Shown: positions 27,710-36,104 of the stretch, piece after piece
How positions within the stretch are numbered: position 1 is the stretch's first letter
Layout of the letters: each line of letters opens with the position of its first letter
Assembly (NCBI GenBank): GCA_964348535.1
Contig: CAYGDB010000002.1
Span: 1 to 40,217 of the forward strand
Direction of reading: 5' to 3'
Origin: an uncultured Candidatus Saccharibacteria bacterium
Lineage (GTDB): Bacteria > Patescibacteriota > Minisyncoccia > Phycocordibacterales > JAKFXT01
Length of the DNA: 40,217 bases
Notes under the pieces: model-generated
Database searches by the model: none
Seen by the model: the letters and a program-made list of their open reading frames with translations, nothing else
Told to the model about the DNA's origin: nothing
Program-made: the position numbers and the translations under genes

Positions 27710-27778
27710 TATCCCTCGTCGAGGACTCCTCGGGATCCTCAATTTTGCAGCTATACAGTAGTATAGGCAAACTTGGGA
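27710..27778 (+). repeat. 69-nt direct repeat, copy B (immediately downstream of the phosphoribosyltransferase gene)
   Basis: TATCCCTCGTCGAGGACTCCTCGGGATCCTCAATTTTGCAGCTATACAGTAGTATAGGCAAACTTGGGA. Confidence 0.85.
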
Positions 27779-27799
27779 AGTACTAGTTTTCCTAAACAT

Positions 27800-27840
27800 C
27801 AGCCCGCAAAGGAATTTTGCGGGCTGAATTTATATTTTTG
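27800..27840 (+). terminator. Rho-independent terminator
   Basis: CAGCCCGCAAA-GGAAT-TTTGCGGGCTG followed by an A/T-rich run ending in TTTTT. Confidence 0.75.
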
Positions 27841-27860
27841 CAGGTTTTTTAAAAATCTGA

Positions 27861-27866
27861 TATAAT
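27861..27866 (+). promoter_or_regulatory. -10 box TATAAT 6 nt upstream of ATG 27873; predicted leaderless start
   Basis: ctgaTATAATggggaaATG. Confidence 0.45.
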
Positions 27867-27872
27867 GGGGAA

Positions 27873-28841
27873 ATGGAAACAAGTCAAATTAAACCAAAAA
27901 CAACACCAAAGGATTTCTTTCTTTATTTGGGCGTTATGGCTACGCTTTACGCGAGCGTCATTTCACTTATAAATCTTTTATTTGCTTATATTGATTACTC
28001 TTTTCCAGATGTTTTGAATTACGGTTTTGATCCGTATTTGAGCACCATACGCTGGGGTATGGCATTTTTGTTTATAATTTTCCCGGCTTTTCTTGTCGGC
28101 ACTTGGTATATAAATAAAGACATTAGAGTTAATCCTGAAAAAGAAAGTATCGGTGTTCGCAAGTGGTTGACATACCTCGCTCTTTTTGTGGCCGGCGTTG
28201 CCATATTGATTGACCTGTCCGTTCTCATTTATACGTTTTTAGGCGGGGAGATAACGGCGCGCTTCGCGCTCAAAGTGCTTGTGATTTTAATTATTTCAGG
28301 ATTTGGTCTTTCTTATTATTTGCTTGACCTAAGGGGGAAAATTCGTGAGAGCCAAAATTTCGGAAGAATTTTTGGCGCCGTGGCTTTTGCTACGGTTATA
28401 GTTTCTATTGCCGGCGGTTTCTTTATTATCGGCTCTCCCTCAACCCAGCGAGCTTACAGATTTGACCAAGAGAGGATAAACGGCCTTCAAAATATTCAGT
28501 GGCAGATAGTGAACTATTGGCAACAAAGGCAAAGTTTTCCAAAAACGCTAGCTGACCTAAACGACCCAATTTCAAATTATATGGTGCCGAGCGACCCTGA
28601 AACAGGAGAACAGTATGATTACAAACTTGGCGAAGGATATGCGTTTGAGCTTTGCGCTACCTTCGCTAAAGAAAGTCGCGGAGCTAATGTTGCTGTTGAA
28701 CGAACAAAACCGATACCGGTTCAGGGAGAATTCAGTCTTGAAAATGAAAACTGGCGACATAATGCCGGAAGGGTTTGTTTTGAGAGGATTATAGACCCTG
28801 AAAGATACCCGCCTTTTGAAAGAACGCCTTCAAAAATTTAA
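27873..28841 (+). CDS. Multi-pass membrane protein with an extracytoplasmic C-terminal domain (resembles DUF5671-type CPR proteins)
   Basis: N-terminal DFFLYLGVMATLYASVISLINLLFAYIDYSFPD and about 6 TM helices. The C-terminal soluble part has paired Cys residues. The family name is from memory only. Confidence 0.6.
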   Translation: METSQIKPKTTPKDFFLYLGVMATLYASVISLINLLFAYIDYSFPDVLNYGFDPYLSTIRWGMAFLFIIFPAFLVGTWYINKDIRVNPEKESIGVRKWLTYLALFVAGVAILIDLSVLIYTFLGGEITARFALKVLVILIISGFGLSYYLLDLRGKIRESQNFGRIFGAVAFATVIVSIAGGFFIIGSPSTQRAYRFDQERINGLQNIQWQIVNYWQQRQSFPKTLADLNDPISNYMVPSDPETGEQYDYKLGEGYAFELCATFAKESRGANVAVERTKPIPVQGEFSLENENWRHNAGRVCFERIIDPERYPPFERTPSKI

Positions 28842-28940
28842 GAAAAAAATTTGTCTTAATTCGGTAGTGTTCTTTGTATGTTCTATAAAAAATGCTAAAA
28901 TAAGCTTTAGGTGGATTGAATCTCAAAAAGGAGAGAATAG

Positions 28941-29264
28941 ATGAATAGCGATCCAATAGTTCCAGATAACAGCCATAGAAAGCGGAGAATAAATACTTAT
29001 CAAAGTAGAGACCTTTATGCCTTGGTGTTTGAAACATCCGAGGACATCAAGGTGGCTATTGAGGCATTTTTTGATGACCCTGAACTCGTCGTAATCCCGT
29101 GGGATTTGATAGCATCCCAAGTGATTGTGATTCCTAAGGAATACTTAAAGTCTGTGACAGCCAGGAATCTAAGCTTTCGCGCCGAAGAATTAATCGATCC
29201 GGAAAAATTGACGCCAGAAGAGTTGGCGCAAGTCAGGCGTGAGCGATTCTATCCTGGTAAATAG
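28941..29264 (+). CDS. Hypothetical protein (107 aa)
   Basis: Canonical SD (AAAAGGAGAG) upstream of the ATG and a strong terminator downstream. No recognisable motif. Confidence 0.55.
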   Translation: MNSDPIVPDNSHRKRRINTYQSRDLYALVFETSEDIKVAIEAFFDDPELVVIPWDLIASQVIVIPKEYLKSVTARNLSFRAEELIDPEKLTPEELAQVRRERFYPGK

Positions 29265-29271
29265 GTTGCAA

Positions 29272-29304
29272 AAAAAGACCCAAGACTTGGGTCTTTTTAT
29301 TTTG
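29272..29304 (+). terminator. Rho-independent terminator
   Basis: AAAAAGACCCAAGACTTGGGTCTTTTTATTTT. Confidence 0.8.
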
Positions 29305-29370
29305 TCTCGGGGTATAGCCTTAAGGGTATTTTTTTTATAGTATAGGAGAAATACCATAACCACTTTAAGA

Positions 29371-32300
29371 ATGAAAAAGTACGACCCTAAAAAAATAGAG
29401 GCCAAGTGGCAGAAGGTTTGGGACCGAAAGAAGCTTAACACCGCTAAGTCAAATTCCCACAAAAAGAAATACTATGTTCTAGTTGAATTTCCTTATCCAT
29501 CAGGCGAAGGTCTTCATACTGGGCATATAAGAAGTTATACCGCTCTTGATGTGCTTGCCAGGAAGCGTCGGGCGGAAGGTTTTAATGTTTTGTATCCTAT
29601 GGGCTGGGATGCTTTTGGACTTCCGACTGAAAACTATGCTATTAAAACCGGTATACATCCGAAGATCGTTACCAAAAAAAATACCGATAATTTTCGTAGA
29701 CAATTAAAATCACTTGGTTTTTCGTTTGACTGGTCGCGAGAAATAAACACCACCGACCCTAAATATTATAAATGGACCCAGTGGATATTTTTGCAGTTTC
29801 TTAAAAATGGTTTGGCCTACAAAGCCAAGCGTCCCATCAACTGGTGTTTGAAGTGTAAAATCGGACTTGCCGACGAGGAGGTGGTCGGAGGTGCTTGCGA
29901 GCGTTGCGGTTCGGAGACTGAAAAACGCGACAAGGAACAGTGGATGCTTGCCATTACAAAATACGCAGACCGACTTCACAAAGACCTGGATGATGTGGAT
30001 TTTTTGGAAAAAATAAAAATTCAGCAGAGAAATTGGATAGGGCGGTCCGAAGGGGCGGAAATCAGCTTTCAGCTTTCAGCTGATAGCTTTCAGGAAGATA
30101 GGGAAATATATAGTTACGTAATGGGAGTTGGTGTAATAGATGATGAACTTATTTCTATTGGGGTTAAGATTCATAAAAAAACACAAGATGGAAGTTACAA
30201 AATCACCATACCAAAAGATAAAATTAAAAATTATGAGAAATTAATAGCAAAAGTACTGAAGCCGGGATTTTGGAATGAATATGTAGATGATCAGGTAGTT
30301 TTTATATTTAAAAATAAACAAGGGAAAATCGATAGATTGGTTTGGAACGAAACAGACGAAGCAAATCTTTTAAATTTGTGTAATGAATATGCCGAGTATA
30401 ATTTTAAGAGCATGCGTTCAATGCTTGAGGGGCAGGATTGGTATTCTAGCAAGTTAAAAGCTAAAAGCTTGAAGCTAGAAGCTGTCTCGGTTTTTACGAC
30501 AAGACCTGATACTCTTTTTGGCGCCACTTATCTTGTGCTTGCGCCGGAGCATAACCTAATCAAAAATCTTGAATCAAGAATTATGAATTATGAAGAGGTT
30601 AGGAAATACGCAGATGATGCAAAAAGAAAATCAGAGATAGAGAGGACTTCTGAAGGAAAGGAAAAGACGGGAATTGAACTCAAGGGAATAAAAGCCATAA
30701 ATCCAGCAAATAAAGAAGAGATTCCAGTATATGTAGCAGACTATGTTCTTGGTCATTACGGCACCGGAGCCATTATGGCCGTGCCGGCTCATGATGAAAG
30801 AGATTGGGATTTTGCGAAAAAATATGGATTGCCGATTCGTGAAGTTGTCATGCCTGTGCGTATTGATCATACCAATCCTCATGTGCCTGGTAAAAAAGTG
30901 ATAGAAAGAAAAGCTATTCAAGCCATTGTCCGAAACACAAAGACTGGCAAAATATTATGCCTGAAATGGAAAAAACAACCTTGGACGACATTTATTGTTG
31001 GAGGCATTGAAGGCAACGAGGACATTGTCGAGGCGGCGCGCAGGGAAGTTTTGGAAGAAACAGGATATAAGAATTTGAAATATGTCCGAACACTTGGAGG
31101 CACGGTCAAAAGTGAATTTTTTGCTGCACACAAAGATGAAAATCGTGTGGCTTATTTTAATGTAGTTTATTTCGAACTTGAAAATGAAGATGCAAACGAA
31201 ATATCTGTTGAAGAAAAAGAGAAGCATGAACCGATTTGGCTTGATATAAAAGATATTAGATCTGACACTATGCAATGTGGTGAGCTAGATATTTGGTTGC
31301 ATCGTTTGCAAAGTGGTAATGATGCCTCAACTGAAGATGGTTTGATGATTAATTCCGGAAATTATAATGGCAAAAACTCTGAATTAATTAAAAAAGAAAT
31401 TACCGAATCAGTCGGTGGTAAATGGGTTACCACTTTCAAACTCCGCGATTGGGTTTTTTCCCGTCAACGTTATTGGGGCGAGCCGATACCGGTAATTCAT
31501 TGCGATAATTGCGCTCTTAAAAATCCTTCAGGACAGGGAATGATTCCGGTTCCGGAAAAAGACCTGCCGGTTTTGTTGCCGAACGTTAAAAGTTACAAGC
31601 CAACTGATAATGGCGAATCTCCGCTTTCCGCTATTTCTTCATGGGTAAATGTAAAGTGTCCGGTGTGCAAAGGGCGGGCAAAAAGAGAGACAGATGTCAT
31701 GCCGAATTGGGCTGGTTCTTCTTGGTATTTTCTTCGCTATGCCGATACAAAAAACAAAAAAACATTCGCCTCCAAACAGGCTTTGAAATACTGGACGCCG
31801 GTTGATTGGTATAACGGAGGAATGGAACACACCACTTTACACCTTCTTTACTCGCGCTTTTGGCACAAATTTCTTTATGATTTAAAACTTGTTCCAACAA
31901 AAGAACCTTACTCAAAGAGAACCTCCCATGGTCTTATATTGGCTGGTGGCGGGGTAAAAATGAGCAAGTCGCTTGGAAATGTGGTTAACCCGGATTCTAT
32001 CGTAAGGCTTTTGGGAGCCGATACTTTGAGACACTATGAGATGTTTATGGGTCCTTTTGACCAATCCATAGCTTGGAATGGTGATGCCATAGCAGGCTCA
32101 CGTCGTTTCCTTGAGCGAGTTTTCAAATTATTTGAAAAAGTGGAAAAAACAAAGCCAGTCAAGAAACAGCCGAACAATCAGAATCTTGATTTGATTTTAA
32201 ATCAAACGATTAAAAAGGTGACGGATGACATAGAGGAGCTAAAAATGAACACGGCATTGTCTCAGATGATGATTCTTTTGAATGAATTTGAAAAAGAAGA

Positions 32301-32640
32301 AAAAATTTCGAAGAATGATTATGGAATTTATTTGAAGTTGCTCGCGCCTTTTACTCCACATATGGCCGAAGAGCTTTGGATCGCGCTTGGTGAAAAGTCC
32401 TCCATACATCTTGAAGCTTGGCCGAAGTTTGATTCCAAAAATCTTTTTTCCGATAATATAAAACTGCCGGTTCAGATAAACGGCAAAGTCAGAGCAACCA
32501 TAGAAGTAAAAAGAGACACAAGTGAAGATGATTTGCAAAAGATGGCTCTCGCACACCCCGATATTTTGAAATTTATTTCAGGGAAAAACATAAAACGCGT
32601 TATTTACGTAAAAAACAGGGTTATGAATATTGTTCTTTAG
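29371..32640 (+). CDS. leuS: Leucine--tRNA ligase (LeuRS), 1089 aa, with two large in-frame insertions (unknown module at about aa 233-370; Nudix domain at about aa 508-648)
   Basis: HIGH motif (PYPSGEGLHTGHIRSY), FTTRPDTLFGATYLVLAPEH, AHDERDWDFAKKYGLPI, LRDWVFSRQRYWGEPIP, KMSKS (VKMSKSLGN). Nudix box GGIEGNEDIVEAARREVLEETGY. Confidence 0.95.
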   Translation: MKKYDPKKIEAKWQKVWDRKKLNTAKSNSHKKKYYVLVEFPYPSGEGLHTGHIRSYTALDVLARKRRAEGFNVLYPMGWDAFGLPTENYAIKTGIHPKIVTKKNTDNFRRQLKSLGFSFDWSREINTTDPKYYKWTQWIFLQFLKNGLAYKAKRPINWCLKCKIGLADEEVVGGACERCGSETEKRDKEQWMLAITKYADRLHKDLDDVDFLEKIKIQQRNWIGRSEGAEISFQLSADSFQEDREIYSYVMGVGVIDDELISIGVKIHKKTQDGSYKITIPKDKIKNYEKLIAKVLKPGFWNEYVDDQVVFIFKNKQGKIDRLVWNETDEANLLNLCNEYAEYNFKSMRSMLEGQDWYSSKLKAKSLKLEAVSVFTTRPDTLFGATYLVLAPEHNLIKNLESRIMNYEEVRKYADDAKRKSEIERTSEGKEKTGIELKGIKAINPANKEEIPVYVADYVLGHYGTGAIMAVPAHDERDWDFAKKYGLPIREVVMPVRIDHTNPHVPGKKVIERKAIQAIVRNTKTGKILCLKWKKQPWTTFIVGGIEGNEDIVEAARREVLEETGYKNLKYVRTLGGTVKSEFFAAHKDENRVAYFNVVYFELENEDANEISVEEKEKHEPIWLDIKDIRSDTMQCGELDIWLHRLQSGNDASTEDGLMINSGNYNGKNSELIKKEITESVGGKWVTTFKLRDWVFSRQRYWGEPIPVIHCDNCALKNPSGQGMIPVPEKDLPVLLPNVKSYKPTDNGESPLSAISSWVNVKCPVCKGRAKRETDVMPNWAGSSWYFLRYADTKNKKTFASKQALKYWTPVDWYNGGMEHTTLHLLYSRFWHKFLYDLKLVPTKEPYSKRTSHGLILAGGGVKMSKSLGNVVNPDSIVRLLGADTLRHYEMFMGPFDQSIAWNGDAIAGSRRFLERVFKLFEKVEKTKPVKKQPNNQNLDLILNQTIKKVTDDIEELKMNTALSQMMILLNEFEKEEKISKNDYGIYLKLLAPFTPHMAEELWIALGEKSSIHLEAWPKFDSKNLFSDNIKLPVQINGKVRATIEVKRDTSEDDLQKMALAHPDILKFISGKNIKRVIYVKNRVMNIVL

Positions 32641-32675
32641 GGTGGTATGAATTTCTTTGTTATCAGTTTAGGAAC

Positions 32676-32704
32676 TTGACTTCAGTAGACGGTAGTGGTA
32701 GAAA
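32676..32704 (+). promoter_or_regulatory. Sigma70-type promoter
   Basis: TTGACT-N17-TAGAAA. The -35 hexamer coincides with the TTG that opens the long ORF-track start, which argues for the downstream ATG 32742. Confidence 0.45.
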
Positions 32705-32741
32705 TAGTCTAACAATATTAGATGTTAATTATACCATAAAT

Positions 32742-33776
32742 ATGACCCCGACGAAGATAAATTTCAAACCAAAGGCGGTGGTAAAGAGACTTCTTTCTGT
32801 TTTGCCGGAGAGGGCGCGGGATATTCTCCAAAGTCGTTATGGATTGGGGGATAGGGTTGAGCATATGACTCTTGAAGCAATCGGCAAGGTATACAAAATT
32901 ACCCGTGAGAGAGTGCGTCAAATTGAAAATTACGCCTTTGGGGTTATTCGCAAGTCTGAAGGTTACAAAAAAGAAAAAGAGGCCCTTCTTGAACTTGAAC
33001 ATTTTATAGATTCTTTGGGCGGTGTCGTTCACGAGGAAGATTTTTTACGCTATGTTTCGGACGATGAGAGTATTCAAAATCACACCCACTTTCTTTTGGT
33101 CCTTGGCGATTCTTTCAAGAAGGGAAAAGAGGACCCCGATTTTCATAAAAGGTGGTATGTAAGCGAACAAACTCTAGCCCAAATTGAAAATTCAATTCAA
33201 GAAATTTACAAAAATTTATCTGATGATGACCTTATACCGGAGTCGGAAATGATAGCTTCTTTTCTTGAGGCTGTTAAAGATGTTTCAGATAAGTATAAAA
33301 ATGAAGAAGTGGTGCGCAGATGGCTTTCTCTTTCAAAAAAGATTGGCAGGAATCAGCTTGGAGAGTGGGGAGTATCTAGGTCTCCGAATATCAAAGCCAA
33401 GGGGATGAGGGACTATGCCTATCTCACCATTCGCCGTCACGGTTCTCCAATGCATTTTACGGAAGTGGCAAAAGCAATCCAGAAACTTTTTGACAGGACC
33501 GCTCATGTAGCCACTTGTCATAACGAACTGATCAAAGATTCTCGTTTTGTTCTTGTCGGCCGAGGCCTTTACGCTCTTTCTGAGTGGGGATATTCAGAGG
33601 GTGTTGTGAGAGATGTTATAGCTCAGATAATTAAGAAAGATGGTCCTTTAACCAAAGACGAGATTGTGGAAAAGGTTCTAAAAGAGAGATATGTTAAAGA
33701 AAATACAATTGTTGTAAATTTGCAAAATCCAAAGTTTTTCAAAAAAAGCAAAGACGGGAAATATTCTCTGGTTTAA
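32742..33776 (+). CDS. DNA-binding protein combining a sigma-70 region-4-like HTH with a HARE-HTH (RpoE/delta-like) domain
   Basis: LPERARDILQSRYGL...MTLEAIGKVYKITRERVRQIENYA (region 4.2 pattern). Later MRDYAYLTIRRHGSPMHFTEVAKAI...LVGRGLYALSEWGY (HARE-HTH pattern). Confidence 0.65.
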   Translation: MTPTKINFKPKAVVKRLLSVLPERARDILQSRYGLGDRVEHMTLEAIGKVYKITRERVRQIENYAFGVIRKSEGYKKEKEALLELEHFIDSLGGVVHEEDFLRYVSDDESIQNHTHFLLVLGDSFKKGKEDPDFHKRWYVSEQTLAQIENSIQEIYKNLSDDDLIPESEMIASFLEAVKDVSDKYKNEEVVRRWLSLSKKIGRNQLGEWGVSRSPNIKAKGMRDYAYLTIRRHGSPMHFTEVAKAIQKLFDRTAHVATCHNELIKDSRFVLVGRGLYALSEWGYSEGVVRDVIAQIIKKDGPLTKDEIVEKVLKERYVKENTIVVNLQNPKFFKKSKDGKYSLV

Positions 33777-33844
33777 AGCGCGCAACAAAAGATCAGAAAA
33801 CAAGTTTTTTCTAGCACCCGTTTTTGCGGTTCGGGTTTATATTG

Positions 33845-33850
33845 TATAAT
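33845..33850 (+). promoter_or_regulatory. -10 box TATAAT 6 nt upstream of ATG 33857 (possible -35 TTGCGG); predicted leaderless start
   Basis: TTGCGGttcgggtttatattgTATAATtaaacgATG. Confidence 0.5.
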
Positions 33851-33856
33851 TAAACG

Positions 33857-35125
33857 ATGGGATTTTTGGAAAGTTATTTTAGAGGTTTGTTTTCTATATT
33901 TTTAAGCGACCAATTCGCCGCTTCCGTTTCCTTGCTCTACGCTTTGTTCCCATTTTGGGGACCTCCACTTTTAGCCTTCGGTTTTTATATGGTTTGGATA
34001 CAGTGGGTCAGGTCTAAATTTATCCATAGCTGGGATTATGTTCTTCTTGAAATAAAACTTCCGCGCGAGGTTTATAAATCACCGCTTGCCATGGAGCTTG
34101 CTCTCTCCGGTCTCTTTGTAACATCCGGTGAGGCGACTCCTTTTGATGTTTATGTTCTCGGAAAAACTCGTCCGTGGTTTTCCCTTGAAATAGCTTCAAT
34201 AGACGGCAATATTCATTTTTATATTTGGACTAGGACTGGTTATAGAAATGTCGTGGAATCTCAGCTTTATGGACAGTATCCCGACATAGAAATTTTTGAA
34301 GTGGAGGATTATACCAAAGCTGTGCCATATTTTGACCCTGAAAAAGTATTTTTTGGCGGACATGAATATAAGCTTGATAAACCCGACCCTTATCCTATAA
34401 AGACTTATGTTGATTACGGTTTGGATAAAGACCCGAAAGAGGAATTTAAAATTGACCCGCTTACTTCCGTTCTTGAATATATGGGAAGCATAAACAAAGG
34501 CGAGCAGATATGGCTTCAGATTATTATTCAAGGTCATAAGAAAAAACATAAAAAAGGCACTTGGTTTGGAGAGACTAACATACAAGAAGAAGCAAAAGAT
34601 ATAGTTAGAGAGTTGCTTAATAAACTTCAAGAAAAGTCACCTAGCGTTTTAGCAGGAGAGGAGGGTGAGACTGTAAGTTTTAAGCGTTTTCCGACAAAAG
34701 GTGAATCGGAAGTGATCGCAGCTATTCAGAGAGCAGATGGTAAGCTCAATTTTGATTGCGGTGTAAGAATTATTTATGCCGCAAAACCCGAGGTTTTTCA
34801 GGGCGTCCGTATTCCTCAAAGCATAAATCTTATGAGGCCTTTTGCAAGCAAGGAACTTAATGAATTCGCTTATAATTGGGGAACATATTTTGATTATCCA
34901 TGGCAGGATTACAAAAGAATCAGAGCTGATTTCAGGCGTCGCAGAATTTTAAAAGCCTACCGGTTACGCAGTTGGTTCCACCCGCCTTTCAAGAGGAAGA
35001 ACTTTATTTTAAGCTCGGAAGAGCTTGCCACCATATATCATTTTCCGGGCAAGGTTCTTCAAGCGCCTTCGGTCAATCGTGTTATGTCTAAAAAAGCAGA
35101 AGCTCCTATCAATCTGCCAAGATAG
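33857..35125 (+). CDS. Hypothetical membrane-anchored protein (422 aa)
   Basis: Two N-terminal TM helices and a large soluble domain ending with ...SSEELATIYHFPGKVLQAPS. No catalytic motif recognised. Confidence 0.55.
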   Translation: MGFLESYFRGLFSIFLSDQFAASVSLLYALFPFWGPPLLAFGFYMVWIQWVRSKFIHSWDYVLLEIKLPREVYKSPLAMELALSGLFVTSGEATPFDVYVLGKTRPWFSLEIASIDGNIHFYIWTRTGYRNVVESQLYGQYPDIEIFEVEDYTKAVPYFDPEKVFFGGHEYKLDKPDPYPIKTYVDYGLDKDPKEEFKIDPLTSVLEYMGSINKGEQIWLQIIIQGHKKKHKKGTWFGETNIQEEAKDIVRELLNKLQEKSPSVLAGEEGETVSFKRFPTKGESEVIAAIQRADGKLNFDCGVRIIYAAKPEVFQGVRIPQSINLMRPFASKELNEFAYNWGTYFDYPWQDYKRIRADFRRRRILKAYRLRSWFHPPFKRKNFILSSEELATIYHFPGKVLQAPSVNRVMSKKAEAPINLPR

Positions 35126-35128
35126 ATT

Positions 35129-36085
35129 ATGTCTAATCTTAATATTAAGTTTTATAAGAATATTGTTTTGATTATTGGGGCATCATTTTCTTTTATTTTT
35201 TACTTTTCTTTTCTTGACGCGCCTGAAAATTTTCCGACAGGTCGGATAATTGATATTCCGGAAGGTTCCACTTTGCGGTCTGCTGGCAATATTTTGAAAA
35301 AAGAGGGGGTTATTGCTTCTTCTGAATTATTTTCAATAACTTCCAGCATTTTTTTCTCCGGCAAAGTGATTGCCGGAGGTTATTTGTTTGAGAAGAAAGT
35401 TCCTATGCTCTCGGTGATTTTTAAAGTGAAAAGAGGAAATTACGGGATTGTTTTCCCTCGTCTTACACTTAAAGAAGGATTTACTCTAAAAGAGATGGCT
35501 AAAGAATGCACTCTGATTTTTAAGGATTGCAATCAGGCGGAGTTTTTAGAACTTGCCAAAGATAAAGAAGGATATTTATTTCCCGACACCTATTTTTTCC
35601 CGCCCAACGCAAAGACGGCGGATGTCCTGAAAGCCGTTGAAAAAAATTTTTATATAAAAATAAAACCGCTTGAGGTTGATATTGAAAAGTTTGGAAAACC
35701 TCTTTCCGATGTTGTTATTATGGCTTCAATTATCGAAGGTGAAGCAAGAGAAGATTATGACAGAAAAATGGTTGCTGGTATTCTTTGGAAGCGGATAAAA
35801 ATCGGCATGGCTCTTCAGGTGGACGCTACTTTTAAGTATATAAACGGCAAGGGTACAGCCGAGCTTTCAAAAAGCGATTTGAAGATTGATTCACCTTACA
35901 ACACATATCTCTATAGAGGATTGCCCCCCACCGCCATAAACAATCCTGGACTTATAAGCATAAAGGCGGCGATTAGCCCCATTGAAACTGAATATCTTTT
36001 TTATTTGACCGATTCAGATGGTATTTTTCACTATGCCAAAACCCACGATGAACACGTTTTAAACAAAGCTCGTTATCTGAAGTGA
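35129..36085 (+). CDS. mltG: Endolytic murein transglycosylase MltG (YceG-like)
   Basis: N-terminal TM helix, LysM-like segment, and the catalytic-region motifs MASIIEGEA and LQVDATFKY, PYNTYLYRGLPPTAINNPG. Confidence 0.88.
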   Translation: MSNLNIKFYKNIVLIIGASFSFIFYFSFLDAPENFPTGRIIDIPEGSTLRSAGNILKKEGVIASSELFSITSSIFFSGKVIAGGYLFEKKVPMLSVIFKVKRGNYGIVFPRLTLKEGFTLKEMAKECTLIFKDCNQAEFLELAKDKEGYLFPDTYFFPPNAKTADVLKAVEKNFYIKIKPLEVDIEKFGKPLSDVVIMASIIEGEAREDYDRKMVAGILWKRIKIGMALQVDATFKYINGKGTAELSKSDLKIDSPYNTYLYRGLPPTAINNPGLISIKAAISPIETEYLFYLTDSDGIFHYAKTHDEHVLNKARYLK

Positions 36086-36092
36086 GGTGTGG

Positions 36093-36098
36093 TATAAA
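36093..36098 (+). promoter_or_regulatory. -10-like TATAAA 6 nt upstream of ATG 36105; predicted leaderless start
   Basis: gtggTATAAAccctgaATG. Confidence 0.35.
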
Positions 36099-36104
36099 CC
36101 CTGA

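Noticed and set aside
30064-31314. Intein(s) as an explanation for the extra length of LeuRS.
   Set aside because: Neither insertion has the Cys/Ser N-terminal junction, the His-Asn plus Cys/Ser/Thr C-terminal junction, or LAGLIDADG/HNH blocks. One insertion is clearly a Nudix domain.
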